A stretch of 64,000 nt of DNA from NCBI GenBank assembly GCA_013334765.1, contig JAAXWW010000001.1, forward strand, positions 236,589-300,588, given 5' to 3'. The position numbers and the translations under genes are program-made. This document shows, in pieces, positions 9,289 to 18,794 of this stretch; position 1 is the stretch's first letter; each line of letters begins with the position of its first letter. The DNA is from Candidatus Moraniibacteriota bacterium (GTDB lineage Bacteria; Patescibacteriota; Minisyncoccia; Moranbacterales; UBA2206). A model generated the notes under the pieces. The model ran no database searches and had not been told where the DNA came from. It saw only the letters and a program-made list of their open reading frames with translations.

Positions 9289-10989
9289 ATGGATAAGTTC
9301 TATTTTCCGAATCCGAAAACTACGGACCCTAAAGAGAGGAGAGTGCAGCGCATCCTTGAAATAATTCCCGGAGTGCTCACCTGGGCTACGCTTGTCGGGA
9401 TGATCGTCCTTTCATTCCTTTTGCCGGTGTGGGTCGCGACTTTCATTATCGTGTTCGACGTGTATTGGATATTGCGCACCATCTATGTCGCTTATTATTC
9501 TGTTGAAGGATACAACAAGCTGAAAGAAGGCAAAAAGATCAACTGGTGGGACAGATGCCAGAATATTTCCAATCCTTCCAGATATGCCGAAATGCTGGAA
9601 GAGAAAATCGCAAGGCTGAAATCCAGCTTGAAGGAAAAAGGACTGATGAAACGGAAAGAGGTGCGTATTTTGAAAAATGAAATGGCGAGGGAGGAAAAAT
9701 ATCTGGGCGAAGTCAGGGAGCTTGAAAAGATAAAAGGCCAGATTTTGGACTGGAGAGAGATTGTCCATGTGGTCATGCTTCCGACTGCCACTGAACCGGC
9801 AGATGTCATAGAGCCGGCCATCCAGGCTGTTGCTGACGCTAATTTTCCCAACGAACAGATCATAATCCTCTTGGCTACCGAAGAGAGGGAGAACGAAGAA
9901 AGACGGCTTGAGAAAGTCAATCATCTCAGAAGCAAATTCGATGGTGTTTTCAGGGATTTCATTGTCACGACCCATAAGGTCAAGGATGATGAGATGAAAG
10001 CCAAAGGATCCAACGCGACTTTCGCAGCACATGAACTGGCGGAATATCTCAACGAGAGGAATATCGATTTCAAACGGGTCATATTCTCGAATTTCGATTG
10101 CGACAGCGTGGCGCATCCGGAATATTTCGCCGCGCTCACCTATGAATACATAACTGATCCCAAGAGGCTGCAGAGGAGCTATCAGCCGCTCCCGATGTAT
10201 CACAACAACCTTTGGGACACCAACGCTTTCGTGCGCGTTATCGTCACCGGATCGAGCTTCTGGCATATCTTCCAAAGCACCCGCATCGAGGGCATGGTGA
10301 CGTTCTCATCGCATAGCGAGCCTTTCGACACCCTCTACCGGGTCGATTTCTGGCCGCTCAACATGATAAGCGAGGACTCGATCATCTATTGGAAGTGCTT
10401 TTCTTATTATAATGGCGACTACAAAGTGAAGCCGATCTATTTGCCGATTTCGTTGGATGCGGTTTTGGCGGAAACATATTGGAAAACCATCAAGAACCAG
10501 TACAAGCAGAAAAGGCGCTGGGCTTATGGAATCGAAAATTTTTCAGTGATCATGCGCGCGATAGTGCCCAACAAGAAGATATCCTTCGGCAAGAAATTCG
10601 GCATAGCTTTCGAGATGCTCGAAGGCCATCATTCCTGGGCGACGTCGTCGATCATCCTGGCGGCTCTCGGATGGCTCCCTCTCATCCTGGGAGGCGAGGA
10701 ATTCAACCAGAGCGTCCTTGCGCACAACCTGCCTTTCATCACCCGGTATCTGATGATGATCGCCATGACGGGACTGGCAGTATCGATGTCGCTGAGCTTC
10801 CTTCTCCTGCCGCCGCGTCCCGCGAGATATTCCGCTTGGAGGAATCTTCATATGCTCTTGCAATGGGTCCTGGTGCCGGTAATATCGCCGCTTCTCGGTT
10901 CTCTTCCGGCCATCGATTCGCAAACGAGGCTGATGCTCGGAAAATATTTCGGCGAATTCTGGGTCACGGACAAAATCAGGAAAAAATAG
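9289..10989 (+). CDS. Membrane-bound family 2 glycosyltransferase
   Basis: FDCDS (DxD), ISED, QKRRW (QxxRW) motifs with flanking TM helices. Confidence 0.9.
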   Translation: MDKFYFPNPKTTDPKERRVQRILEIIPGVLTWATLVGMIVLSFLLPVWVATFIIVFDVYWILRTIYVAYYSVEGYNKLKEGKKINWWDRCQNISNPSRYAEMLEEKIARLKSSLKEKGLMKRKEVRILKNEMAREEKYLGEVRELEKIKGQILDWREIVHVVMLPTATEPADVIEPAIQAVADANFPNEQIIILLATEERENEERRLEKVNHLRSKFDGVFRDFIVTTHKVKDDEMKAKGSNATFAAHELAEYLNERNIDFKRVIFSNFDCDSVAHPEYFAALTYEYITDPKRLQRSYQPLPMYHNNLWDTNAFVRVIVTGSSFWHIFQSTRIEGMVTFSSHSEPFDTLYRVDFWPLNMISEDSIIYWKCFSYYNGDYKVKPIYLPISLDAVLAETYWKTIKNQYKQKRRWAYGIENFSVIMRAIVPNKKISFGKKFGIAFEMLEGHHSWATSSIILAALGWLPLILGGEEFNQSVLAHNLPFITRYLMMIAMTGLAVSMSLSFLLLPPRPARYSAWRNLHMLLQWVLVPVISPLLGSLPAIDSQTRLMLGKYFGEFWVTDKIRKK

Positions 10990-10992
10990 CAC

Positions 10993-11141
10993 AGGACTTG
11001 CGTATTTGCCTCAAAAACCTTTCAAATCGCGAGGCTGTGCGGAACTCGTCCGGGTTATATACGGGTTCGGTCTCGACTCTCCAGAAACTGCTTTCTGTTT
11101 CTGGCTAAGAAAAAGGTTTTTTCAGCAAACGCGTAAGTCCT
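10993..11141 (+). repeat. Family A structured intergenic repeat, copy 1 (MITE-like or ncRNA)
   Basis: AGGACTTGCGTATTTGC...GCAAACGCGTAAGTCCT inverted ends; closely similar along its length to 31930-32077 and 60807-60954. Confidence 0.9.
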
Positions 11142-11162
11142 AAAGCAAATTAGCAAAAAAGC

Positions 11163-12191
11163 ATGGACAAATATATCCTTCCTTTCATCGAAGCTTTTTT
11201 CGTCACCATATTCTTCATATATATCTCGATATATTTCGCGAAAAAGATATCGTGGCTGGGAAGGAACGCTTCCAGACATATTCATAACAAGGCTGCATAT
11301 CGTGTCGGGGGAATAGCGATGGCCTTGTCGTTCGTGCTGGTTCTGATTTTCAACAAGGATCTTGTCATGACTCCGGAACTCCTGGGTTTCATTGTCGGCT
11401 CGCTTCTGCTTGTCGGAGTGGGCGTGTGGGATGATATAAAGGAGATTTTTTGGAAGCTGCAGCTTTGTTTCCAGGTCGCAGCGGCTTGTCTCGTGTTCAT
11501 TCTTGGGGTGAGGATATATTATATTTCAAATCCGTTTACGGGAGGAATAATCAATCTTGATCTTGGCTATACGGTTCTTGTCTCTATTTTTCTTGTCATA
11601 TTCTGGATTCTTCTGGTGGTCAATGCGATCAATTGGGCAGACGGCATAGACGGGCTGTCCGGAGGCGTTGCGCTGATTTCCATCATGGCTATCTTCTTCC
11701 TGACTTTCAAACCGGAGGTTAATCAGCCGCCAGTAGCCATAATATCAAGTATTTTAGCGGGAAGCGTATTCGGATTTTTGGTGTTCAACTTCAATCCGGC
11801 CAGGATCCTTGCGGGGACGTCAGGCGCTATGTTCATGGGATTTTCCTTGGCGACCCTTTCTATATTTTCCGGAACCAAAATAGCGACTGCCATCCTCGTC
11901 CTGGCCATACCTATCATAGATTTCATTTGGGTGATCGGGGACAGGATAAGGCGCAAAAAATCGATTTTCAGGCCCGACAAGAATCATTTGCATCATAAGC
12001 TGCTTGAAATCGGCTGGTCGCAGAAGAAAATAGCCGTTATCTATTATTCGATCACGCTCGCCGTTTCGATAATAGCCTTGAATACCAGAGCGGTCGGGAA
12101 AAGCCTGACTCTTTTTTCTGCGGTTCTTCTGATGTTTTTTGCCTATCTTCTGATAGACAGGTCGCTTCGTTTTTCCAAAGGGAAGGAATAG
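11163..12191 (+). CDS. Undecaprenyl-phosphate GlcNAc-1-phosphate transferase (WecA/TagO, GT4)
   Basis: GGIA, GVWDD, NAINWADGIDGL, FNFNPARI, HLHH motifs. Confidence 0.9.
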   Translation: MDKYILPFIEAFFVTIFFIYISIYFAKKISWLGRNASRHIHNKAAYRVGGIAMALSFVLVLIFNKDLVMTPELLGFIVGSLLLVGVGVWDDIKEIFWKLQLCFQVAAACLVFILGVRIYYISNPFTGGIINLDLGYTVLVSIFLVIFWILLVVNAINWADGIDGLSGGVALISIMAIFFLTFKPEVNQPPVAIISSILAGSVFGFLVFNFNPARILAGTSGAMFMGFSLATLSIFSGTKIATAILVLAIPIIDFIWVIGDRIRRKKSIFRPDKNHLHHKLLEIGWSQKKIAVIYYSITLAVSIIALNTRAVGKSLTLFSAVLLMFFAYLLIDRSLRFSKGKE

Positions 12192-12232
12192 AGAAGATTT
12201 CTATGGATCTTGCGAATATGCAAAGTTCCGCA

Positions 12233-12279
12233 TAAAAAGAAAAATCCGTCCAGCTTGCGCGGGACGGATTTTTCTTTTT
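12233..12279. terminator. Bidirectional intrinsic terminator
   Basis: AAAAAGAAAAATCCGTCC-loop-GGACGGATTTTTCTTTTT between convergent genes. Confidence 0.8.
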
Positions 12280-12310
12280 ATGAAAAAGTAGTGATATACT
12301 TGTTTCGTTT

Positions 12311-12380
12311 GCCTGCCTTAGCCGAAGCTACGCTGGACGAGTCCGCCTTCGTCCCGCTTAGCGGGACTACGGCGGACAAG
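12311..12380. repeat. Tandem short palindromic elements (family D)
   Basis: CCTGCCTTAGCCGAAGCTACGCTGGACGAG followed by TCCGCCTTCG[TCCCGCTTAGCGGGA]CTACGGCGGACAAG. Confidence 0.7.
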
Positions 12381-12404
12381 GAAAGAACATGCAATTGTTG
12401 TTTT

Positions 12405-13049
12405 TTAGGATAGTGACGGTACTCTTACTGCGTATTTGTGAAGGTTTTTCAGTTGCGCCGCGTTGAGATTCTTTGATTTTGAAATCGCATCTCCTATGAG
12501 GCTCTTGGAAAATTCTACCGAGCTTCCGATGTTCACCTTTCCAGTTCCGACATTCTTCCTCATGTAATCTTCGATGTATATCTTGTGTTCGGCCGTCAGG
12601 GTCGAATCAGGATTCTTTTCCAGATAATCAGCTAGGGCTCTTCTGGCAAGCTTGGTCGTTCCATCGCCTTTTCCGGCTGTTTCTATGAACGAGCTGTCGG
12701 TTTCCTTGCTTGTTCCGGCGGCAACGCTGCTAGCAACGCTGTTCTTCTGCTGGACGGCCTGATCTTTGGATTGGCTGTCAGCCCGTGCCTGGTTGTCCGA
12801 TGTTGAAGCGTCGGAGTCTCCTGATATGGCTTCGCTCAGAACGTCATTCTTGGCGGCTGATTCGTCATTCGCAGGAGCCATCGATCTGTTCGAATAGGAA
12901 TAGATTCCTCCAGCGATAAGGACTACGATGATTATGCTCACGATGATTCTCAGGTTGTCCTGAAACCATTGCTTCATGCTTGCTGGCTCAGCCTGTTCGG
13001 TCTCGTTTTTCTCAGTCGTTTCTTCGTTTGTTTCTTGGTCAAATTCCAT
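12405..13049 (-). CDS. Membrane-anchored extracytoplasmic hypothetical protein
   Basis: N-terminal TM, Ser/Asp-rich linker, globular C-domain (AGKGDGTTKLARRA); SD GAAAGGAAGGTGA upstream. Confidence 0.8.
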   Translation of the reverse strand: MEFDQETNEETTEKNETEQAEPASMKQWFQDNLRIIVSIIIVVLIAGGIYSYSNRSMAPANDESAAKNDVLSEAISGDSDASTSDNQARADSQSKDQAVQQKNSVASSVAAGTSKETDSSFIETAGKGDGTTKLARRALADYLEKNPDSTLTAEHKIYIEDYMRKNVGTGKVNIGSSVEFSKSLIGDAISKSKNLNAAQLKNLHKYAVRVPSLS

Positions 13050-13533
13050 AATTTCACCTTCCTTTCTATTTTAATTATTATTTCCGCCAAATGCACCGGA
13101 TTTATTATCGGTGCAAGTAAGGACCCCCGGCGGAAGTGTTTTTTAATGTGCTTTCGTTGAAGCCGAAGCGCATAGCGCCTCTTTTATTCCTTATATTCAA
13201 TTCTAGCTCATCCGTTTATGCCGTCAACTAGACAATTTTGGCAGTTCAGGGTGTTATATCGGGCAATAATCGTCAGAATTAAGAGCTGCAGGAGGACTCT
13301 TTGCGTGCCGATGCGCTACCTGAAAATTTCAGTTGGTTATGTTTGTCGATCATAGAAATATTTTAAAGCGATAGCCGAATAGAAATTTATCGTTGTTCAT
13401 TTTTCCTGTTCTTTATTTCGAAAAACAAAAAAATAATTTATTCATGATGCATGAAGCGCTGATTATGAAAGATAAAAGATGATTTTTTTTCATTCGAAAA
13501 AATATTTATCATAAAAAAACAAAAAAATATTCC

Positions 13534-13594
13534 TGTGGATAACTTTTCTCTATTGCAAATAAAATTATATGTTATATAATTCACATGTGGAAAA
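13534..13594 (+). promoter_or_regulatory. Promoter flanked by DnaA boxes
   Basis: TGTGGATAA (13534, reverse complement of consensus TTATCCACA); TTGCAA (13553)...TATAAT (13575); TGTGGAAAA (13586, one mismatch). Confidence 0.55.
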
Positions 13595-13713
13595 TTATTT
13601 TTTAAATTTAAAAAATAATTTCTGCAAAAAACAAAGGTCGAAACAAAAAGAAAATTGGAGAGAATAATTTCCAAGGAATTAGAAAATAAAAATAGAAAGG
13701 ACGGTGATAAAAA

Positions 13714-13866
13714 ATGGCAAAGAAAAAAGTAGCTAAGAAAGCTGTGAAGAAAGTAGCCAAGAAAAAGGTTGCTAAGAAAGCCGTGAAAAAAGTTGCTAAG
13801 AAAAAAGTAGCTAAGAAGGCCGTGAAGAAGGTTGCTAAGAAGAAAGTGGCTAAGAAAAAGAAATAG
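13714..13866 (+). CDS. Histone H1-like Lys/Ala/Val repeat protein (50 aa)
   Basis: MAKKKVAKKAVKKVAKKKVAKKAVKKVAKKKVAKKAVKKVAKKKVAKKKK; SD GAAAGGACGGTGA; only synonymous differences between repeats; own terminator. Confidence 0.88.
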   Translation: MAKKKVAKKAVKKVAKKKVAKKAVKKVAKKKVAKKAVKKVAKKKVAKKKK

Positions 13867-13960
13867 TTTTCAACGAAAGCGTTCCGATCGTGGAACAAGC
13901 AAACTTAAGAAATAAAGATAGCTTAAGTTTTCCATACGGGTGCCGGTGCACCGGTGTCAT

Positions 13961-14004
13961 GTATAAAGCAAAAAACCGCTAACATGCGGTTTTTTGCTTT
14001 ATAC
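13961..14004. terminator. Bidirectional intrinsic terminator
   Basis: GTATAAAGCAAAAAACCGC-TAACAT-GCGGTTTTTTGCTTTATAC between the H1-like gene and prmC. Confidence 0.85.
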
Positions 14005-14014
14005 GGGGCTATTT

Positions 14015-14896
14015 TCAAATAATATCGATCACGCACATCCGCCATCTGCCGGACAGGTCTTTCCTGAATCCGGTTTTCACTCCGGGAAGGATCTCTTTTA
14101 TGATTTCCAAGAGCTTCTGCTTCTGTTCCGGGCTTATTTCCAGAATCGCGCAGGATATGCTTCCGTTTTTTCTGCCGTTTATCTTTCTGATCTGCTCAAG
14201 GAGCCTTTCATAGTGAGACAATCCAGAGCGTGCGCTGTAGAGGGCGCTTTTCGGTTCGAATATTTTCACATCCGGCATCGTTGCGGAATATATTTCTTTC
14301 GAGAGGTAGGGGAGATTGGCAACTATTATTGAATTTGGAATTTTGAATTTGGAATTTTGAATGAATTCATTCAGCAAATCGCTCTTTATGAATTTTATTT
14401 TCTTGTCGACATCATTTTTTTTCGCGTTATGCTTAGCAACTCTCAATGCTTCTTCGCTTATGTCGACGGCGAACAAGCTCGTCTTTTCTTTCAGAAGTTC
14501 GCTGTCCTTGATTCCGCGCGCGATAGATATGGCGATGTTGCCTGACCCGGTTCCGACATCAATGACGGACATGGATTCATGTTTGTCTCCTTTTATTCTT
14601 TCAAGCGCCATCTCGACCATCATTTCGGTTTCGGGACGGGGGATGAGGGTGTGGCGGTTCACTTTGAAGTCCGATCCATAGAATTCCTTGTGTCCGAGGA
14701 TATACGCGATCGGCTTATGTTCCATCCTTCTTGCAGCGAATCTTGCGAATTTTCCATAATCTTTCCGACTGAGTTCATATTCCGGGTGCGCCAGCACGAA
14801 TTCCCGTGATCGGGCAATCGCGGCAGCCAAAAGAAGCTCGAGATCAAGCGATTCGAGTTCTTGCTGGTATTTTTTGATGACGGATTGAATGATCAT
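14015..14896 (-). CDS. prmC: Release factor glutamine methyltransferase
   Basis: PIAYILGHKEFYG, LIPRPETE, DVGTGSG, NLPY; directly downstream of prfA. Confidence 0.96.
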   Translation of the reverse strand: MIIQSVIKKYQQELESLDLELLLAAAIARSREFVLAHPEYELSRKDYGKFARFAARRMEHKPIAYILGHKEFYGSDFKVNRHTLIPRPETEMMVEMALERIKGDKHESMSVIDVGTGSGNIAISIARGIKDSELLKEKTSLFAVDISEEALRVAKHNAKKNDVDKKIKFIKSDLLNEFIQNSKFKIPNSIIVANLPYLSKEIYSATMPDVKIFEPKSALYSARSGLSHYERLLEQIRKINGRKNGSISCAILEISPEQKQKLLEIIKEILPGVKTGFRKDLSGRWRMCVIDII

Positions 14897-14957
14897 GGTT
14901 ATAAAAATACTCCCTTTTTCATTCCGGGAGTATGGTTATGATATTCAGTTTGTTTTC

Positions 14958-16022
14958 TTAGGCTTTCCCGAGTTTCAGCTTGGTGTCTTCTTCTTGGAGC
15001 ATCGAGATAATCGGGTCGATGTTTCCATCGAGGATCCCTTGGATATTGCTCCAGCTTTCCTTGATGCGGTGATCGGTGATGCGGTCCTGCGGGAAGTTGT
15101 ATGTCCTGATTTTCTCGCTTCGGTCTCCGGTTCCGATCTGGGAGCGTCTAGCGTCTCCGAGCTCCTTGGATTTCTTCTCTTCTTCGATTTGGAGCAGCCT
15201 GGAGCGCAGCACCTTCATGGCTTTGTCCTTGTTTTTCATCTGGGACTTCTCATCCTGGCATGACACGATGAGTCCGGTCGGGACATGGGTGATGCGAACG
15301 GCTGATTTGGTCGTGTTGACGGACTGGCCGCCAGGTCCGGATGAGCAGAAAGTGTCGATCCTAAGGTCATTGAGGTCGATCTTGAAATCCAGTTCTTCTG
15401 CTTCAGGGAGAACCGCCACTGTCGCGGTCGAGGTGTGGATGCGGCCGTTCTTCTCGGTTTCCGGGATCCGCTGCACGCGGTGCACGCCGGATTCATATTT
15501 CATCTTGCCATAGGCTCCGGCTCCGTTGATTTCGAAAACGACTTCCTTGAATCCGCCGATGCCGATCTGGTTGGAATTGAGCATGACAGTGTTCCAGCGG
15601 TTCTTTTCGGCATATCTGGAATACATCCGGAAAAGATCTCCAGCGAACAAGGCGGATTCGTCCCCGCCGGCTCCGGCGCGGATCTCGACGATGATGTTCT
15701 TGTCGTCGTTCGGGTCTTTCGGAAGAAGCATGAATTCGATTTCTTTCTCGAGATTTTCTTTTCTTTCTGCAAGCTCGATGTTCTCATCCATTGCCATCTG
15801 CTTCATTTCTGGTTCTTCTTCCGCGTTGATGATTTCGGCGTTCTGTTTCATATCCAGCTGGACTTTCTCATATTCATTGATGAGCGTCATTATTCCCTCC
15901 AGTTCCGCCTGCCGTTTTCCCAGTTCTGCCATTTTTTTCATATCGGAAACTATCTCAGGGGAATTGAGCTGGTTCTGGATATCCTGGTATTCGGTTTTGA
16001 TCTGTTCTATTTGTTCACGCAT
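14958..16022 (-). CDS. prfA: Peptide chain release factor 1
   Basis: [21 protein letters not shown] (PxT), [17 protein letters not shown]. Confidence 0.98.
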   Translation of the reverse strand: MREQIEQIKTEYQDIQNQLNSPEIVSDMKKMAELGKRQAELEGIMTLINEYEKVQLDMKQNAEIINAEEEPEMKQMAMDENIELAERKENLEKEIEFMLLPKDPNDDKNIIVEIRAGAGGDESALFAGDLFRMYSRYAEKNRWNTVMLNSNQIGIGGFKEVVFEINGAGAYGKMKYESGVHRVQRIPETEKNGRIHTSTATVAVLPEAEELDFKIDLNDLRIDTFCSSGPGGQSVNTTKSAVRITHVPTGLIVSCQDEKSQMKNKDKAMKVLRSRLLQIEEEKKSKELGDARRSQIGTGDRSEKIRTYNFPQDRITDHRIKESWSNIQGILDGNIDPIISMLQEEDTKLKLGKA

Positions 16023-16147
16023 ATCGCCTATTCTAGCTTGTTTTTGGGGTTTTGTAAATGAGTCAGCGGCATGAAAAGAAAAAGCCGCCAGGAATCGTTC
16101 GATTCTCTGGCGGCTGGTGTCAGTGCGGATTGGTGGCCTTGCGCTTT

Positions 16148-16378
16148 TTAGGGAAGATTATGATAAACACAGATTCTTCCCTTTTTGGTTTCCACGATCT
16201 CTATGAGAACCAAATGCGGTCCGACTTCGTCCGGGCAGCTCTTGTCGTCTTCCAATGAGATAAAGAAACCGGGGTGTTCGATAATTTCCAGAAATCCTCC
16301 CGTAACCAGTGTTCCTTCCCGGATGGCCTTTTCGCTCAGAAGAACAAGGCTATTCCGGAATGCTTTTTCCAAGCACAT
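16148..16378 (-). CDS. Small orphan hypothetical protein
   Basis: 76-aa ORF with an SD-like AGGCGGTG and a downstream hairpin at 16081-16116. Confidence 0.5.
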   Translation of the reverse strand: MCLEKAFRNSLVLLSEKAIREGTLVTGGFLEIIEHPGFFISLEDDKSCPDEVGPHLVLIEIVETKKGRICVYHNLP

Positions 16379-16430
16379 ATCCCACCGCCTTCTTTTTAGG
16401 TACTGACATCGTATGTTAGCATAAGATCAT

Positions 16431-17369
16431 TTATTTGTCAATAGCAATATTTTTCTCTATTTCTCTCAGAATCGGTAGATAATCCAGTCTGATGTTGCGT
16501 ATTGCTTCGTTGTCGTTAGCATATTTGGTTTGCGTTCCGCTCCTCGGGTCGAAATCATTATAGTCTTCATCAAATGAGCCGGGCATCCCTCTTTTTGATA
16601 AGCCGAAATCAATCAGCACGGGGTTTCCTGTTTTCCAGTCAATCATTATATTCCCCGCATGGATGTCCCGATGATGAATTCCCTGATCATTCATTTTTCT
16701 TATGAATTCGGCGAGCGATTTGAAGAATGATTCCGGATTGAAATTCTTGGGCAACACTTTCTTTTCCTCGACTTCTCTTAGTGTGAACCCGTTTATTTTT
16801 TCCATTACGAATACCGGATGACCGTCGACGATTCTCTTGTAATACGGCATTGGAACTTTGACTGGTCCGGATGGTTCCACTCCTGTCGCATCTTTTTGAA
16901 TCGATATTTCATCGGATATGTCATTCTGTTTGGAATGCAGATCCAAGTCATATATGTATTTGCAGCAATATAGCTTATCGAGCATGAAAACCTCCGCAAC
17001 ATTCCCTTTGCCGAGAGAGTTTTTGGGATCTTTGATCTTTTTCTTAATCCTTTCAATGATAGCGCTCGATTCTGACGAGTCACTCTTTATGAAATCTTCC
17101 TCTTTTGAATTCGGCGATGATTTAGCGGTGGGAATCTCCCTTTCTTTTATGATGTAACGCATGTTCTCATACAGCTCTTTCAATTTTTCCGGATCGAAGC
17201 ATTCTGCGAAAATTTCCTCCTGCACATCGGCTATGCTTTTAGGAAGAATGCCGGAATCGAGGATTTCCTGAATCGCGTTTTCATAGTCGATAGGCGCTTC
17301 TTGTTTTTCAGTAGGATGGGTTGTGCTGTATCCGAACGGATTTTCCATGTTCATAGTTCCTGGTGTCAT
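16431..17369 (-). CDS. Ser/Thr protein kinase-like protein
   Basis: LGKGNVAEV glycine loop, VMEKI, HRDIHAGN catalytic loop, IDFG. Confidence 0.88.
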   Translation of the reverse strand: MTPGTMNMENPFGYSTTHPTEKQEAPIDYENAIQEILDSGILPKSIADVQEEIFAECFDPEKLKELYENMRYIIKEREIPTAKSSPNSKEEDFIKSDSSESSAIIERIKKKIKDPKNSLGKGNVAEVFMLDKLYCCKYIYDLDLHSKQNDISDEISIQKDATGVEPSGPVKVPMPYYKRIVDGHPVFVMEKINGFTLREVEEKKVLPKNFNPESFFKSLAEFIRKMNDQGIHHRDIHAGNIMIDWKTGNPVLIDFGLSKRGMPGSFDEDYNDFDPRSGTQTKYANDNEAIRNIRLDYLPILREIEKNIAIDK

Positions 17370-17460
17370 TTATCCTAGATCCTTATCAATTGTATCATAC
17401 TCGCCTGACAAGCGGTGTTTTTTTGTGCTAATATTCAAGAAACAAGGCTATTCTTACGAT

Positions 17461-17736
17461 ATGAAAACCTTCTCCGAAAAAATCATCGAAATCGTCGAAA
17501 AAATCCCGAAGGGGGAGACTTTGACATATAAGGGAGTGGCCGAAAAGGCGGGAAATGCCAAGGCGGCGCGGGCGGTGGGGAATATCCTGAACCGCTATTA
17601 TCGGTTCTGCGACAAGAACGGAATGGATAAGATTCCGTGCCACAGGGTCGTTCGGAGCGACGGCAGAAGCGGTGGATATGTCCTGGGCGAAAAGAAAAAA
17701 CGCGATATGCTCAGGAAAGAATCATTGAGCCGTTGA
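17461..17736 (+). CDS. MGMT-family (O6-alkylguanine alkyltransferase) protein
   Basis: IPKGETLTY, ARAVG, IPCHRVV active site; start moved to ATG 17461. Confidence 0.92.
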   Translation: MKTFSEKIIEIVEKIPKGETLTYKGVAEKAGNAKAARAVGNILNRYYRFCDKNGMDKIPCHRVVRSDGRSGGYVLGEKKKRDMLRKESLSR

Positions 17737-17852
17737 CGATGCTTTTTCAAAAAGAGCTGGAAAAATTTGATTTCCAGCGGATTTAGTCTATAATATAAAC
17801 ATAATTCGCAAAGTCATAAAGATAAATTTTATCAAAAATTTATATTAAATTT

Positions 17853-18650
17853 ATGCCAAAGATTGTTCTGGTTGAAGATGATCCGATGATTTCCGAGATT
17901 TATGAGAGGAAGTTCCGCGAGGAAGGGTTCGACATTTCGAGCGTGGCCTCAGGCGAGCAGGTATTGGAATTGGCAAAGAAAGAGCATATCGACCTTATCC
18001 TGACCGATCTCCTTATGCCCAAGATGGACGGGTTCGAGCTTATCAAGCAGCTTCGCGGCGGAGGATACGATCCGGACATACGGATCATAGTTTCAAGCAA
18101 TCTCAGTGAAATCGAAGATCATAAGAAGGCTTTCAGTCTTGGTGCCAATGGATTCGTTGTCAAATCGGATTATACCCCAGGCGAGCTGGTGGAAGAGATC
18201 AAGAATGTCTTGCATGAATTCAAGGAGCAGAAAAAGAACATCCGCAGGCGCGAAAACGGAATCGAGAAGAACGGGAAAAGGATATTGCTGATGGAGGACG
18301 AGGCGGTTTTCGCGGAAATGTTCGGGGAGAAGCTCACGTTTGACGGTTTCGATGTGGAAGTGGCGATGACCGGACAAGAATCCATCAAAAAATCCAAAGA
18401 AGGGCATTACGACGCTTTCATCGTGGATATGGTGATGCCGGGAATGACAGGAGATGAGATAATCGCTCAACTCCTTGCTGATGAAGGCACGAGAAATGTC
18501 CCCATTGTCGCTTACACCGCTTCCGATATAGATGAGATTATCAAGAAAGTCAAAGCGTTGGGAATCAAGGAGGTCTATACTAAAACCCAGCTTACTCCGA
18601 GCAAGCTGGCCATGAAGGTGCGAGAGGCTTGCGGAATAGAGGAGGAATAG
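17853..18650 (+). CDS. Tandem receiver-domain response regulator with no output domain
   Basis: Two REC domains (VEDD...DLLMP...K and MEDE...DMVMP...K). Confidence 0.9.
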   Translation: MPKIVLVEDDPMISEIYERKFREEGFDISSVASGEQVLELAKKEHIDLILTDLLMPKMDGFELIKQLRGGGYDPDIRIIVSSNLSEIEDHKKAFSLGANGFVVKSDYTPGELVEEIKNVLHEFKEQKKNIRRRENGIEKNGKRILLMEDEAVFAEMFGEKLTFDGFDVEVAMTGQESIKKSKEGHYDAFIVDMVMPGMTGDEIIAQLLADEGTRNVPIVAYTASDIDEIIKKVKALGIKEVYTKTQLTPSKLAMKVREACGIEEE

Positions 18651-18794
18651 GAATCGATCTTCTTTTTCCCGTGTCCTTGACGGCATGTTTTGGCTGGTAT
18701 ATAACTAAAAAACGAAAGATTTCCGCTTGCTGGAGATTCGGAAGCGGCTTTTGCAGGTTTTTAGGATAAGAAATATCATAAACTGAGAAAAAAT

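Noticed and set aside
13380-13700. Replication origin (AT-rich region with DnaA boxes)
   Set aside because: Only two boxes, no dnaA or dnaN nearby, and the + strand gene bias is the same on both sides; better read as a promoter region.
13608-13898. Minus-strand ORF with FLATFF repeats
   Set aside because: Antisense shadow of the Lys-rich gene, which has the SD, promoter and terminator.
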